DNA of 64,000 bases from positions 1-64,000 of the forward strand of contig JAXHVD010000004.1 of assembly GCA_034189385.1 (NCBI GenBank). The letters are read 5' to 3'. The position numbers were made by a program, and so were the translations under genes. The notes beneath the pieces were generated by a model. The model had not been told where the DNA came from and did not search any database. It worked only from the letters and a program-made list of their open reading frames with translations. Of this stretch, positions 49,360-59,960 are shown piece by piece. Position 1 is the stretch's first letter; every line of letters starts with the position of its first letter. The DNA is from Thermodesulfobacteriota bacterium (GTDB taxonomy: Bacteria > Desulfobacterota > Desulfobacteria > Desulfobacterales > C00003060).

Positions 49360-50571
49360 GTGAGCAAGTTATTAGTTATTGATGATGAACGGCCCATCCT
49401 GGACGTATTGGAGATGTCCCTGGCCGGTGAAGGATATGAGGTAATGACGGCCGAAAACGGCCAACAGGGTCTCAAGATTTTTCAAGAGTTCAGCCCCAAG
49501 CTAGTCCTCACAGACATCAAGATGCCGGGAATGGACGGGATAGAAGTGCTCAAGAGGATTAAGGTCATGGACAACGAGGCAGAGGTCATCGTCATCACCG
49601 GTCACGGCGACATGGACTCGGCCGTAGCTGCTCTGCAGCACGGAGCCTCCGACTTCATCAACAAGCCTATACGCGGAGAGGTGCTAACCCTTGCCCTTGA
49701 AAGGGCTGAGAAAAAATTGGAGATAAGTCAACGACTCAGGGACTATACGGAAAACTTGGAGCAAAAGGTAGAAGAGTGCACGATTGAACTGAGGCAGGCA
49801 CACGAGGAACTGCTCAGAAGTGAGCGTCTGGCCACCATTGGGGAGACCGTGGCGGGTCTGGCCCATTACATCAAGAATATCCTGAGCGGGCTGCGGGGAG
49901 GCTTGTACATGGTCAACACAGGGGTCGCCAAGAATAGCAGCCGGATGTTCAAAGAGGGAAGCTCCATGGTGGAGCGAAATGTCGAAAGGATATCGGACTT
50001 GGCCCTTGATCTACTGAGCTATTCCAAGGAAAGAACACCAGAGCGAACCGTATGTAAGCCCAATGAGATTGTCACAGAGGCTGTGGGAATCTTCAAGGAA
50101 AAGGCCAAGGAACACCGAGTCACGCTGGACACCGTCCTATCTCCGGGTCTGGAAGAGGCTTACCTGGACCGCGAAGGCATTCACAACGTGTTGTTGAACC
50201 TTATCTCAAATGCCATCGACGCTTGCATCTATGATGAGGACACGTCCAAGGCATGGGAGGTCACAGTCAAGACTAGTCTAGAAACGGAAAGGGACTCTGG
50301 GAAGACCCTCCTCTTTCAGGTGAGTGACAATGGATCCGGGATGACTGACGAAGTGAAGGAGAAGCTCTTCACGAAGTTTTTCAGTACTAAGTCGGGGCGG
50401 GGTACAGGCCTCGGCCTCCTCATCACCCAGAAGATCATTCATGAACACGGTGGGAAGATCTCTGTGGAGTCTGAGGCCGGGCAGGGAACGATTTTTTCGG
50501 TTCGACTCCCGACACAGATGCCAGAAGGCAAGCCGGCCTCTGGTCACAGGACCCATGAAGAGGTTGACTAG
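49360..50571 (+). CDS. Hybrid receiver-histidine kinase (tandem paralog of 48074)
   Basis: [25 protein letters not shown]. Confidence 0.9.
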   Translation: MSKLLVIDDERPILDVLEMSLAGEGYEVMTAENGQQGLKIFQEFSPKLVLTDIKMPGMDGIEVLKRIKVMDNEAEVIVITGHGDMDSAVAALQHGASDFINKPIRGEVLTLALERAEKKLEISQRLRDYTENLEQKVEECTIELRQAHEELLRSERLATIGETVAGLAHYIKNILSGLRGGLYMVNTGVAKNSSRMFKEGSSMVERNVERISDLALDLLSYSKERTPERTVCKPNEIVTEAVGIFKEKAKEHRVTLDTVLSPGLEEAYLDREGIHNVLLNLISNAIDACIYDEDTSKAWEVTVKTSLETERDSGKTLLFQVSDNGSGMTDEVKEKLFTKFFSTKSGRGTGLGLLITQKIIHEHGGKISVESEAGQGTIFSVRLPTQMPEGKPASGHRTHEEVD

Positions 50572-51157
50572 TCTATCTGGCTCTGCAGAAATCAGTTTCC
50601 CGCCAGTTCAATAGACTAGCAGCAAAAAACATGGCGTGCGCTCCGTTCGTTTAGGCGTTTCAGACAGACCTATCCAAAACCACTATTGGTTCCCCCGACT
50701 ATGGAGTTGCCTTCAAGACGTTTTTTCAACTCCTTCACTGCAAAGATCTAGTGACGCTGGGTCTTTTTCCTTGACGACAGCCCTGCCAATGCGGCATCTG
50801 AAGGAATTGGAGTCGCAAATTTTGGCCAAGGTTGTCCTGTCACTAAAAAATCTGTCATAAGATGACTTGGGGCATGGCCATCACTTCTGGCAAAAGCATG
50901 AGAAAGCAACTGTTTTTTCTGCCTGAGCGTCCTTCAATAACCTGTGCGCTTTTTTGAAGTCGAGCCGTCAATGGCTTTTGGAGTGCTACGTTGACGATCC
51001 CCATTAGGTTTCCGCACCATCGGCCGCAGGTCATGCCGACTGTTTTGCTGGCGGCAGACAGATAGCCCTCTGTGACGGGTGAAAGATCCCTATGTTGTTT
51101 CAGAGATGTCCCTGCTCTGGATCTTTCGTGTCTTCGGGGGGACTGGGAGATTTGCCC

Positions 51158-53740
51158 ATGACTGAGAAACCGAGCTATGAGGAATTGGAGCGTAAGATTA
51201 AGGAATTATTGACGGAAGTGCTTGAGAACAGGCAGGCAACGGCGGCCTTGGAAGCAGCAAAAAAACAATACACCGCGCTTGTCGAAAACTCTCCTGACAT
51301 CATATACATCCTGGATCCTCAGGGCCATTTCACCTTTGTCGGAGGGGCTGTTGAACGTCTTCTTGGATTCACACCAGAGGAGTTGCGGGGGGAGCACTTT
51401 ACATCCATTGTCTGGACAGAGGATGGCGAAAAGGCAGATTGGCATTTCAATGAGCGAAGGACCGGAGAGCGCGCTACTAATGGGGTTGAGGTACGCCTTG
51501 CCACAAGGGGGGGGCAAAGAAAGTATTTTGAAATCAAATGTCTGCCCTTTCAGCTTTATGCCATTGGGGTTTACGACAAGCCTGCTTCAGCAAAAGACAA
51601 GACATTTCTTGGCACCTATGGAGTGGCCAGAGATGCCACCGATCGCAAGCGTGCCGAGGAGGAACTCCTGGAGAGTACGCGCCAACTCCAAGTGGCTTAT
51701 GAACAATCTATGATGTATGCCCAAGAACTCAAGGAAGAAATCGCTGAACGCAAGCGCGTTGAGGCGGCCCTGCGTGAATCTGAGGCGAAATACAGCGGGC
51801 TTGTAGAAAACTCACTGACAGGCATCTACATCGACCAGGATGGGAAGATAGTCTTTGCCAACAGGCGATTTGCCCAGATTTATGGCTATTCAAAAGAGAG
51901 TCTCATAGGGCTAGAATCTTGGCGGTTGGTGCATCCTGATGACAGGGGCCTGACCGACGAGATAAGAACGAAACGACTTAAAGGGAAAGATGTTCCGTCC
52001 GAATACGTGGCCCGGGCTTTGACCAAAAGCGGCAAGACCAGATGGGTTGCTAGAAGAAACAGTCGAATAGAATATGGGGGAAGGCCTGCCATATTGGGTA
52101 ACATCGCCGACGTCACGGAACAGAAGAAGGCAGAGGAGCAGTTGCGGGACAGCCAAGAGCGATATTATACGGTCCTGGAGGCCTCTCCAGATCCCGTGGT
52201 TGTCTACGACATGCAAGGGAACAGTATCTACATCAACCCCGCATTTACGAGGGTCTTCGGGTGGACACCGGGGGAGCTTTTGGGCATGAAAATTGGCTAT
52301 GTTCCCGATGAAAACTGGCCAGAAACCCAAATCATGATTGACAAGGTGCAAAAGGGAGAAAAATTCTCCGGCATTGAAAGCCGCCGATATGTGAAAGGAG
52401 GGGAGATTCTTGACGTAAGCATCAGCGCGGCCAGTTATTTGAATCGTGACGGGATTCCGGAGGGAAGTGTCCACATTTTACGGGACATTACCTACCGCAA
52501 GCGAGCAGAGGAGGCCCTGCAAAAGGCGTACGATGAACTGGAGGCGCGGGTTCAGGAGCGCACGGCAGAATTGATCAAAGCAAACGAACAACTGAAACGG
52601 GAAGTAGAAGACCGGAAACGGGCAGAGAAAAAAGTGAAGGCGAGTGAAGAGAGATATCGCCTCGTGTTTGGCTACGATCCAAATCCCCTTTTCTTAGTGG
52701 ATCTGGATTCCGGGAAAATCCTGGATGTGAATGAACCGGCCACGGTGGCCTATCAATACAAGCGCCAAGAAATGCTGGAGATGTCTTTTTTGGATCTGTT
52801 CGATGTAGACGAAGCAGACAGGGTGTGGAACGAACTGGAAGATACTCATAAGGATGTTTATGTCTTCATGCCTAGGCTATGGGCCCAGAAAAAGGATGGC
52901 CGCCATTTCTTTATTCATCTGCACGCCCGTGCTGGCAGATTTGAGGAACTGGAACGGGCAGGTCTTGCCAACTTTTTGATTATCAGGACTGTGGACATCA
53001 CCCGACGCCTTGAACAAGAGGCCCAACTCACACAGGCTAGCAAGATGGCTACCCTCGGTGAGATGGCAACTGGCATTGCCCATGAGCTGAATCAGCCCTT
53101 GAATGTGATGCGGGTGGGGGCAGATTTTTTTACTAAGATGATAAACCGGGGCGAAAAGATCTCGAAGGAAGACCTGTTGAAGGTGAGCCGCAACATGAAT
53201 GCGCAGGTAGACCGTGCTACCAAAATCATCAACCACCTCCGAGATTTCGGCAGAAAGAGCGACTTCCAGGTCACCCCAGTGGACCTGAATGAGCCGATTC
53301 GAGATGTGTTCACCCTGATGGGCCAGCAGCTCAAATTGCAGAATATAAAACTGAACCTTAGGCTGGCCCAAAGGCTGCCCAAGATCCTTTCCGACAAGAA
53401 CCGGTTGGAGCAAGTCTTTCTGAACCTGGTCACAAATGCCAGGGATGCCATGGAACCAAAAGGGCCAGAATGGACTAAAGAGCTGACCATTACGACCCAC
53501 CAGGAAGGAGACAGGGTTGTGGCCAGAGTTTCCGATACGGGCACAGGTATGCCCAAGGAGATCCTTCGAAAAATCTTCGAGCCCTTCTTTACCACTAAAG
53601 AGGTTGGAAGGGGAACGGGTTTAGGGTTGTCCATTACCTATAGTCTGGTGAAAGACTTAAAAGGGGATATCGATGTAGAATCGATCCCTGATGTTGGAAC
53701 CACATTCACCGCGAGCTTTCCGGAATATCAAGAAAAATAA
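51158..53740 (+). CDS. Cytoplasmic histidine kinase with 4 PAS domains
   Basis: [11 protein letters not shown] start after [24 protein letters not shown]. Confidence 0.92.
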   Translation: MTEKPSYEELERKIKELLTEVLENRQATAALEAAKKQYTALVENSPDIIYILDPQGHFTFVGGAVERLLGFTPEELRGEHFTSIVWTEDGEKADWHFNERRTGERATNGVEVRLATRGGQRKYFEIKCLPFQLYAIGVYDKPASAKDKTFLGTYGVARDATDRKRAEEELLESTRQLQVAYEQSMMYAQELKEEIAERKRVEAALRESEAKYSGLVENSLTGIYIDQDGKIVFANRRFAQIYGYSKESLIGLESWRLVHPDDRGLTDEIRTKRLKGKDVPSEYVARALTKSGKTRWVARRNSRIEYGGRPAILGNIADVTEQKKAEEQLRDSQERYYTVLEASPDPVVVYDMQGNSIYINPAFTRVFGWTPGELLGMKIGYVPDENWPETQIMIDKVQKGEKFSGIESRRYVKGGEILDVSISAASYLNRDGIPEGSVHILRDITYRKRAEEALQKAYDELEARVQERTAELIKANEQLKREVEDRKRAEKKVKASEERYRLVFGYDPNPLFLVDLDSGKILDVNEPATVAYQYKRQEMLEMSFLDLFDVDEADRVWNELEDTHKDVYVFMPRLWAQKKDGRHFFIHLHARAGRFEELERAGLANFLIIRTVDITRRLEQEAQLTQASKMATLGEMATGIAHELNQPLNVMRVGADFFTKMINRGEKISKEDLLKVSRNMNAQVDRATKIINHLRDFGRKSDFQVTPVDLNEPIRDVFTLMGQQLKLQNIKLNLRLAQRLPKILSDKNRLEQVFLNLVTNARDAMEPKGPEWTKELTITTHQEGDRVVARVSDTGTGMPKEILRKIFEPFFTTKEVGRGTGLGLSITYSLVKDLKGDIDVESIPDVGTTFTASFPEYQEK

Positions 53741-53747
53741 GATCACC

Positions 53748-53807
53748 ATGGAAAGGTTCTTGTCCATTGATGACAAACCGGTTCTTTGCACGTTCCTGGT
53801 GCCCTGA
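53748..53807 (+). pseudogene. Remnant of a receiver-domain N-terminus
   Basis: MERFLSIDDKPVLCTFLVP*, in the same position as the 48074 hybrid ([13 protein letters not shown]) behind the paralogous kinase. Confidence 0.4.
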
Positions 53808-53883
53808 GGATGTCTTGCTCCAAGCTTAGGGGCTAGGTTTCATGTTGCAATGCAGGTACGAATGTGACCATGTTAGGAATGCG

Positions 53884-55746
53884 ATGAAAAGAGCAGCCCC
53901 CCTACTTCGGAAGCGCGTTGCCTTGGTTTCCACGCCTTGGCCCCTTTACAGCCGGCCGTCCATTCAGTTGGGCACGCTGAAGGCCTATCTAAAGACCCAG
54001 TTCCCCGAATTAGAGGTCCATGCCCTTCACTTCTACCTTAAGATAGCAGAAGGGATCGGATTTAGAACCTATCAAGCCATTTCAGAAAGGACTTGGCTGG
54101 CAGAGTGCGTCTTCGGTGCCCTTCTATTTCCTGAACGAAGCAAGGACATCGAAAAGCTGTTTTACCGCGAGGCAAGGGGGAAACCTCATCTTCGTAAAAT
54201 AGACTTTCAGGGTCTCGTCTCCCAGGTCAAGGCCATATCAGAGAGGCTCATGGATGGTGTAGAATGGCAGCATTTCGGGCTTGTCGGTGTATCCATCTGT
54301 CTTTGTCAACTTACCTCATCTCTTTACTATATCAAAAGTATCAAACAACGCATCCCCAGTCTTCCCGTTGTCGTGGGGGGCTCCATGTTTTCAGGGAAAG
54401 CCACTGCTGGATTGTTGCAAGCCTTTCCCGAAGTGGACTTCGTGGTCAATGGGGAAGGGGAGCATCCGCTGAGCCTGTTGATTCGACAGATGAGAAACGG
54501 AGATGTAACTGGCGAGTTTTCCTCCATCCCTGGAGTGGTCACAAGGCGATCAGACACGACCAAATCGCCACCAGCCTTCTGCCAAATGGCAGATTTGGGC
54601 GCTTTGCCTGCTCCCGACTATGATGACTATTTTGGCCTCCTCAGAACCTTAGACCCGAAGAGAAGATTCTTCCCCACCCTGCCTGCAGAGATATCGAGAG
54701 GATGCTGGTGGCGGTCCACCAAAGGCTCTTCACAACAGGCTGGATGCGCCTTCTGCAACCTGAACCTTCAGTGGGATGGATACAGATCAAAGGCCGTTTC
54801 GCAAGTGGTTTCAGAGGTGGACCATCTCACCTCCAAGTACAAGACCCTTTCCATTTCCTTCACAGACAACCTCGTACCACTGCGCCACTCTAAAGAGATA
54901 TTCCTTCAACTCCGTGGACTGGAAAAGGGTCTCCGCCTCTTTGCAGAAATCAGGGCCACGACGCCGGTCAAGTTGCTCAAGGCCATGGGGGCCGCAGGCA
55001 TGCACAAGGTCCAAATCGGCATTGAGGCCTTGAGTACGAGCCTCCTGAAAAAACTGAACAAGGGCACCACCGCCATCCAGAATCTGGAAATCATGAAACA
55101 CTGTGAAGAGCTGGGGATCGCAAACATCTCAAATCTCATCCTCCACTTTCCCGGCAGCGATTGGCAAGATGTCAACGAAACCCTCCGTACCCTCGAATTC
55201 GCCCAGCCCTTTCGCCCTTTAAGATTTGTCCATTTCTGGCTTGGCCTGGAAAGCCCGGTGTGGCAAGACCCTCGTGCCTTTGGGTTGAAGGCGATCTCGA
55301 ATCATCCCAATTATGCCGTGCTGTTTCCACCAGATATTTGCCAGTCCATACAGTTTATGATCCAGTCATACAGGGGTGATCGTGGATTCCAAAAGAAGCT
55401 GTGGCAGCCGGTGAAAAAAAGGGTAAGGACCTGGAACAGGATCTACAGGGAACTACATTGCGGGCCTTCACGGTCGCCTATCCTAAGCTATGGCGACGGA
55501 AGAGACTTCTTGATCATCCGGGAAAGGCGTCTCAAGGCAGAGCCCTTGACACACCGACTCGAAGGAACATCAAGGTCCATATACCTTTTTTGCCAAAAAC
55601 ACCGCTCTCTCAAACGCATTGTGTCCCAGTTCCCAAAAGTTGGAGAAGATAGGATCGTTCCCTTTCTGAGGATGATGGAGGAAAAGAGACTGATGTTTGC
55701 GGAAAAGGGCAGATACCTCAGTCTGGCCGTGCCGGCGCGCTCCTAG
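53884..55746 (+). CDS. Cobalamin-dependent radical SAM enzyme, RiPP-maturation C-methyltransferase type
   Basis: LVSTPW..RPSIQLGTLKAYL, VVVGG, GEGE, EISRGCWW..CAFCNLN, VQIGIEALS. Confidence 0.82.
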   Translation: MKRAAPLLRKRVALVSTPWPLYSRPSIQLGTLKAYLKTQFPELEVHALHFYLKIAEGIGFRTYQAISERTWLAECVFGALLFPERSKDIEKLFYREARGKPHLRKIDFQGLVSQVKAISERLMDGVEWQHFGLVGVSICLCQLTSSLYYIKSIKQRIPSLPVVVGGSMFSGKATAGLLQAFPEVDFVVNGEGEHPLSLLIRQMRNGDVTGEFSSIPGVVTRRSDTTKSPPAFCQMADLGALPAPDYDDYFGLLRTLDPKRRFFPTLPAEISRGCWWRSTKGSSQQAGCAFCNLNLQWDGYRSKAVSQVVSEVDHLTSKYKTLSISFTDNLVPLRHSKEIFLQLRGLEKGLRLFAEIRATTPVKLLKAMGAAGMHKVQIGIEALSTSLLKKLNKGTTAIQNLEIMKHCEELGIANISNLILHFPGSDWQDVNETLRTLEFAQPFRPLRFVHFWLGLESPVWQDPRAFGLKAISNHPNYAVLFPPDICQSIQFMIQSYRGDRGFQKKLWQPVKKRVRTWNRIYRELHCGPSRSPILSYGDGRDFLIIRERRLKAEPLTHRLEGTSRSIYLFCQKHRSLKRIVSQFPKVGEDRIVPFLRMMEEKRLMFAEKGRYLSLAVPARS

Positions 55747-55812
55747 ACGGTCTGATTGCCCTTAAACCGTCCGTGTTTTCAGTGCGGCCCGAACTATCCG
55801 TCAGGAGAACTG

Positions 55813-56160
55813 ATGAGTAAACACATGCAGCTTACGGTAAGAGTCCGCCCTTACTATAAGAAGGGCTTTAGGGAGGTTTACCCCCTAATTGCTAAGCGCC
55901 TCAGCTATCTGGATCCAACATGGGTGGAGGAAGGCCCTTCCCTTTTTGAGATTGTCGGAAGACTGGACAAACTCCTCTATGCATTGGAAGGAGACCCTCC
56001 CTTTAGAGAAATTCTTCTTGATCACAGGGCAAAGCTTCATGAGCTTTACGAGCACACGGAAGAGCAGATTGCAGACTGGCACCTGGCCCAGGCAGACAAG
56101 CATCTGTATACAATGGAAGACATCTTTGATGAAATAGAACGGGAGTTGGGCAAGATATAG
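55813..56160 (+). CDS. Hypothetical helical protein
   Basis: AGGAG RBS before ATG 55813; 115-aa ORF. Confidence 0.7.
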   Translation: MSKHMQLTVRVRPYYKKGFREVYPLIAKRLSYLDPTWVEEGPSLFEIVGRLDKLLYALEGDPPFREILLDHRAKLHELYEHTEEQIADWHLAQADKHLYTMEDIFDEIERELGKI

Positions 56161-56180
56161 GGGTTGAATGTCATCGGAAA

Positions 56181-56217
56181 CCGGGGGAGAAACCTTGGGA
56201 AACGATTCCTCCCCCGG
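56181..56217. terminator. GC-rich hairpin between convergent genes
   Basis: ccgggggag-N19-ctcccccgg; no clear U-tract. Confidence 0.45.
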
Positions 56218-56255
56218 GAAGGAGATTGGATCTTATCTGGGCACCACCATTGGCC

Positions 56256-57569
56256 CTAGTCGTCTGTCACCAGGAGACTCCTGATATCCTCGAGTTCATC
56301 TACTACCATAAATGTGTAGGCTTTTCCGTCTTCCAGGTGTTCAGGTGTAGAGAAAGGCCCTCCGATGAGGACAACGCTCGTTCCTGCCTCGTACACCTCA
56401 AAGTCGTGATCACCCTGCCAGAACTCAATATAGCTTGAAACACCTTTAAAGGGGACATCACTCACTTTTACTGTGCCATCTACTAGAAAATCCACATTGG
56501 GGGGGTCCAGGTCCGGGTCAGGTGATGCATGAATAAACCGGACCTTGGCCTTGTTTGCAGCAGGAGGAGTGGTGTCGTCTTCCAGCAACATGGCCTCAAT
56601 GGCCGCCTCGAAATTCATCAAGAGAAATGTGTAATTCTTACCACCCTCCAGAGTTATGGTTCCGTCGATCAGGGTAAGGCCGCTACTGCCTTCTTCGACC
56701 TTGATATTTCGGGTGCCTGACTTGACCACCTCGTAATCAGAGGCGCTTCTAAACTGCACCGTTGAGATGACCTCTGTGTCGTCCAACAGAACATCCACAA
56801 AAGACGCGTCCGGGGAGGCGTGGATCAGCCGAAGCGTACATCGTGCATCGGGGACCTCAACAACTGGTTCGTCTGAATCATCGGTGAGCGCTACCAGCGT
56901 AAGGGGTGAACCACCGCTGGCAGCGTCAAGAATGGCAACTGTGGAGATAGAACCTTCTTCCAGCGTAACCGTTCCGGAATCATATATGGGCTCCATTTCC
57001 CCAGACAGGGTAATCCGAATTTGATATTCTCCCTCTTCCAGTTCGAGAAAAGAGGAGAACTCCTGAAATTCAAAGTCCTGTAAAGTGGGCACGGCAAATT
57101 CCATGGGCACGTCTGGTTCAGTGATGTAAACATCTATCGCCGGCTGGCTGGGCGAGGCGTCCACAATGCGGAGCCTGCCGTATCCATCATTTGGCTCTGT
57201 GTCGTCGTCTTCTAGGAGCAGTAGCTCCATATTGGCTGCAACCCCCAGCACAATCAAAGAATAGGGCGTCCGCTTTTCAACAAAGAAGGATTCGTCCACA
57301 AGGGTCTGAGAGGTGCCACTGACATTAACCTCAACATCCACCTCGTCTGGCGGCAAATTCTCATACCCGGAACCCTCTTGATAAGCAAGATTGGCCCATT
57401 CCACGTCGTCATTAACCACTATGTCCAGATCAGGCCCGTCTGGTGATGCATGCAGTATTCGAACCTGCGCCGTCTTGTACAGCGCCCCCTTGTGACTGCT
57501 GTCACTACACCCAGTTATGTAACCCAACATGGGCAAAAGGAGCAGAAGGGCTAAAAGCGACTTTCTCAT
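56256..57569 (-). CDS. DUF4397-domain acidic lipoprotein
   Basis: Lipobox ITGC; four xRxxHASPD-type repeats. Confidence 0.8.
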   Translation of the reverse strand: MRKSLLALLLLLPMLGYITGCSDSSHKGALYKTAQVRILHASPDGPDLDIVVNDDVEWANLAYQEGSGYENLPPDEVDVEVNVSGTSQTLVDESFFVEKRTPYSLIVLGVAANMELLLLEDDDTEPNDGYGRLRIVDASPSQPAIDVYITEPDVPMEFAVPTLQDFEFQEFSSFLELEEGEYQIRITLSGEMEPIYDSGTVTLEEGSISTVAILDAASGGSPLTLVALTDDSDEPVVEVPDARCTLRLIHASPDASFVDVLLDDTEVISTVQFRSASDYEVVKSGTRNIKVEEGSSGLTLIDGTITLEGGKNYTFLLMNFEAAIEAMLLEDDTTPPAANKAKVRFIHASPDPDLDPPNVDFLVDGTVKVSDVPFKGVSSYIEFWQGDHDFEVYEAGTSVVLIGGPFSTPEHLEDGKAYTFMVVDELEDIRSLLVTDD

Positions 57570-57741
57570 CTCCGTAGCCTCCTTTCCCAAAAGGGAAGCA
57601 AGTATTCAACACACGTGACCCCGTAAAATCACCTTCAAATAGACCCATTTAATATACGATATTTTTATTTAATTAGCAATACTTTTATTAAATTTTAGGT
57701 GTTCGTCGAAAAAATAAACCCCAGATCTATTGATTTGCCCT

Positions 57742-59178
57742 CTATTCAACCCTCTTTTTCACCGTATATTTTATGGTAATTCTATCGTCTGAATCAGGGG
57801 AAATCTGTAAGGATGCAGGGTTGAGTGCCAGGCCCACGGTCATGGCCCCTGTTTCATGTATATTGTCTAAGGGGACTTTTTCGGTATAAATAGTTGAGAT
57901 TCCATCAACTATTTGAGCCCCTCCCACGACACGTATCCTTTTAGGAGAGACTTTTGCCTCCGCAAGGATCAAATCCTTGCGCAACTTCCCAACCCAATCA
58001 ACCTGCACGGGCAATTCTTTCTTCATGGGAACGTCCAAGGTGACTTCGACTGTTGGTGGTTCGACGGTCTTTAAGACCACCCCCGGGGGAAGACTGATGT
58101 TCTCGTGGGTGATGTTGAAGGTATTAGGCCCCACAACCCCCTTGCTCAAGTCCAACCTCACCTTGACCTGTTCCGGTCGAATGGATTTGACAAGAGCCCC
58201 TGACCCGCTGAGATCAAGACGGACAGCATTGACAGAGGTGTCCAGGATCTCCATTCCGGCCATCACATCCGTATATTCGACGGGAATCTCAAGCGTGGTG
58301 AGAGTGTACATCCCTCTCGTAAAACTGAACCAAACGCCTGCAATAAACAAAAAAGAAGCCAAGGCCGCTATGCCGAGCCGAAGAATCTGTTTCTTCGGAT
58401 ACCCTTCCTCCACCAGCGGAAGGCCCATATGATGCCGCAATATCCGGGCAAGTTCTTCCTTTCGCCCCACGACATCAAACTCAGCTCCCTTGGCCACTGC
58501 CACATCGCCCCTTTCCTCTGAAACAATAATGACCAAGGCATCGGTGGCCTCAGCCAATCCGGCTGCCGCCCTGTGACGGGTCCCATAATAGGAAGGCAAA
58601 TCCTCTCTCCGTGACAGGGGAAGGATGGCACCCACCTCTATGATTCTGTCTCCTTGGATGATGGCAGCACCGTCGTGGACAGGGTTATCGTGCCAGAATA
58701 TGCTCAGAATCATTTCTTTGGACACCAAACCACGCCACGGTATACCGCTATGGACTACTTCCTCCAAATCGTCTTTGCCCGGAAAGACAATGAGGGCGCC
58801 AATCTTCTTTCGGGCAAGTTCATAGGCACTCTCTATGATTCTTTCTACAGGCGTGCTCATAGAGACATAGCGGAATCCCCAAAGTATGCTTTTCAGATTC
58901 TTTGCCTGAAGCACAGAGCGGATCTCGTTTCTAAAGACAACGATGATGATAAAGGCAGCGACTGCAGTAATGCCCTGAATCCCCCAGCTGGTGACAATCA
59001 ACCCCAATGAAACAGCTATGCGTTGGGAAAACCAGAGCAAGGCGATCCCGATGAGCACCCTGAACACATGGGTTCCTCTGAAGAGGAAATAAAGACGAAA
59101 GAGAATATAGCTACTCAGGGTAACGTCGACGAGGTCTTGCCACCGAACACTCGAAAGAAAGATCAGAAGTTCACTCAT
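57742..59178 (-). CDS. cdaA: Diadenylate cyclase (CdaA/DisA_N) fused to YbbR/CdaR-like domains
   Basis: 3 N-terminal TMs, VHDGAAII, GTRHRAA, further TM, beta-rich YbbR-like C-terminus. Confidence 0.85.
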   Translation of the reverse strand: MSELLIFLSSVRWQDLVDVTLSSYILFRLYFLFRGTHVFRVLIGIALLWFSQRIAVSLGLIVTSWGIQGITAVAAFIIIVVFRNEIRSVLQAKNLKSILWGFRYVSMSTPVERIIESAYELARKKIGALIVFPGKDDLEEVVHSGIPWRGLVSKEMILSIFWHDNPVHDGAAIIQGDRIIEVGAILPLSRREDLPSYYGTRHRAAAGLAEATDALVIIVSEERGDVAVAKGAEFDVVGRKEELARILRHHMGLPLVEEGYPKKQILRLGIAALASFLFIAGVWFSFTRGMYTLTTLEIPVEYTDVMAGMEILDTSVNAVRLDLSGSGALVKSIRPEQVKVRLDLSKGVVGPNTFNITHENISLPPGVVLKTVEPPTVEVTLDVPMKKELPVQVDWVGKLRKDLILAEAKVSPKRIRVVGGAQIVDGISTIYTEKVPLDNIHETGAMTVGLALNPASLQISPDSDDRITIKYTVKKRVE

Positions 59179-59184
59179 AGAAAA

Positions 59185-59622
59185 TCAATCCGTAATGCTA
59201 AACCTTAAGACATGAAGAAGGTTGCCTCCCTGGTCCGTGACCTCGACTCGCCACGGCCCCTTGTCCGCTTCACGTAGCTGTATACTGCTGAAGGTTGACC
59301 AACGAGGCGGTTGAAGGAACAGCTTTATCTTTGTACTGAGCCTATCCCGGTGAAACCAGTTCTGGTAGATAAACATCTTTTCAGGCACAGGATCAAAAGA
59401 CGTGAAGCACGAGACCTTGCCGATGGTCCTGGAAAAAACAACCGCCTCATTGTAGGGATTGTAGTCCTTTATCCCTTCACACATGGCCGCCTGAACCAAG
59501 GTCAATTTCTCATCAGCTACGGCAGGTGAAGGTCCTTCGTTCTTTTCTGCCAGTGCCTGGGAATACAGAAAAACACCGAGACACAACACCGCGAAGAGGT
59601 ATGCAAACGGTTTCCGCTTCAT
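59185..59622 (-). CDS. Exported DUF2914-like protein
   Basis: Signal peptide; RWSTFSS..GPWRVEV. Confidence 0.7.
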   Translation of the reverse strand: MKRKPFAYLFAVLCLGVFLYSQALAEKNEGPSPAVADEKLTLVQAAMCEGIKDYNPYNEAVVFSRTIGKVSCFTSFDPVPEKMFIYQNWFHRDRLSTKIKLFLQPPRWSTFSSIQLREADKGPWRVEVTDQGGNLLHVLRFSITD

Positions 59623-59960
59623 CGTCGTCTCCCTCACGGTCCACATCCTTTCGATTCACACACCTGCCACTAAGCCAGGCCCGATGTCGTCCTCACGACA
59701 CTGTTCTCCTTGTTGACACGATCAATGCTTCCAGTTTATCAAGATGGATCATTGACAGATCTTTAAAAAAATACCAAAGGAAGGGGTTTTTGTCAAGGAT
59801 TCTGAATGCTAACAAGCCTCCCGGACAAGAAGAGAGGATTGTATTGCCATGGCATGAAATTGCCTGGTATAAGAAGGCCAGGAACCTGATCCACAGCCTT
59901 AGATGGAATGCTATGGACATCCATAGACAATAGACGCACCATGAGAAGGGAGTCCGGAAG

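Noticed and set aside
53748..53807. 19-aa peptide as precursor for the radical SAM enzyme
   Set aside because: Better explained as a receiver remnant; no leader/core pattern
57640..57720. AT-rich tract as an origin or mobile-element end
   Set aside because: Short, no DnaA boxes or terminal repeats; probably the promoter region of the lipoprotein gene
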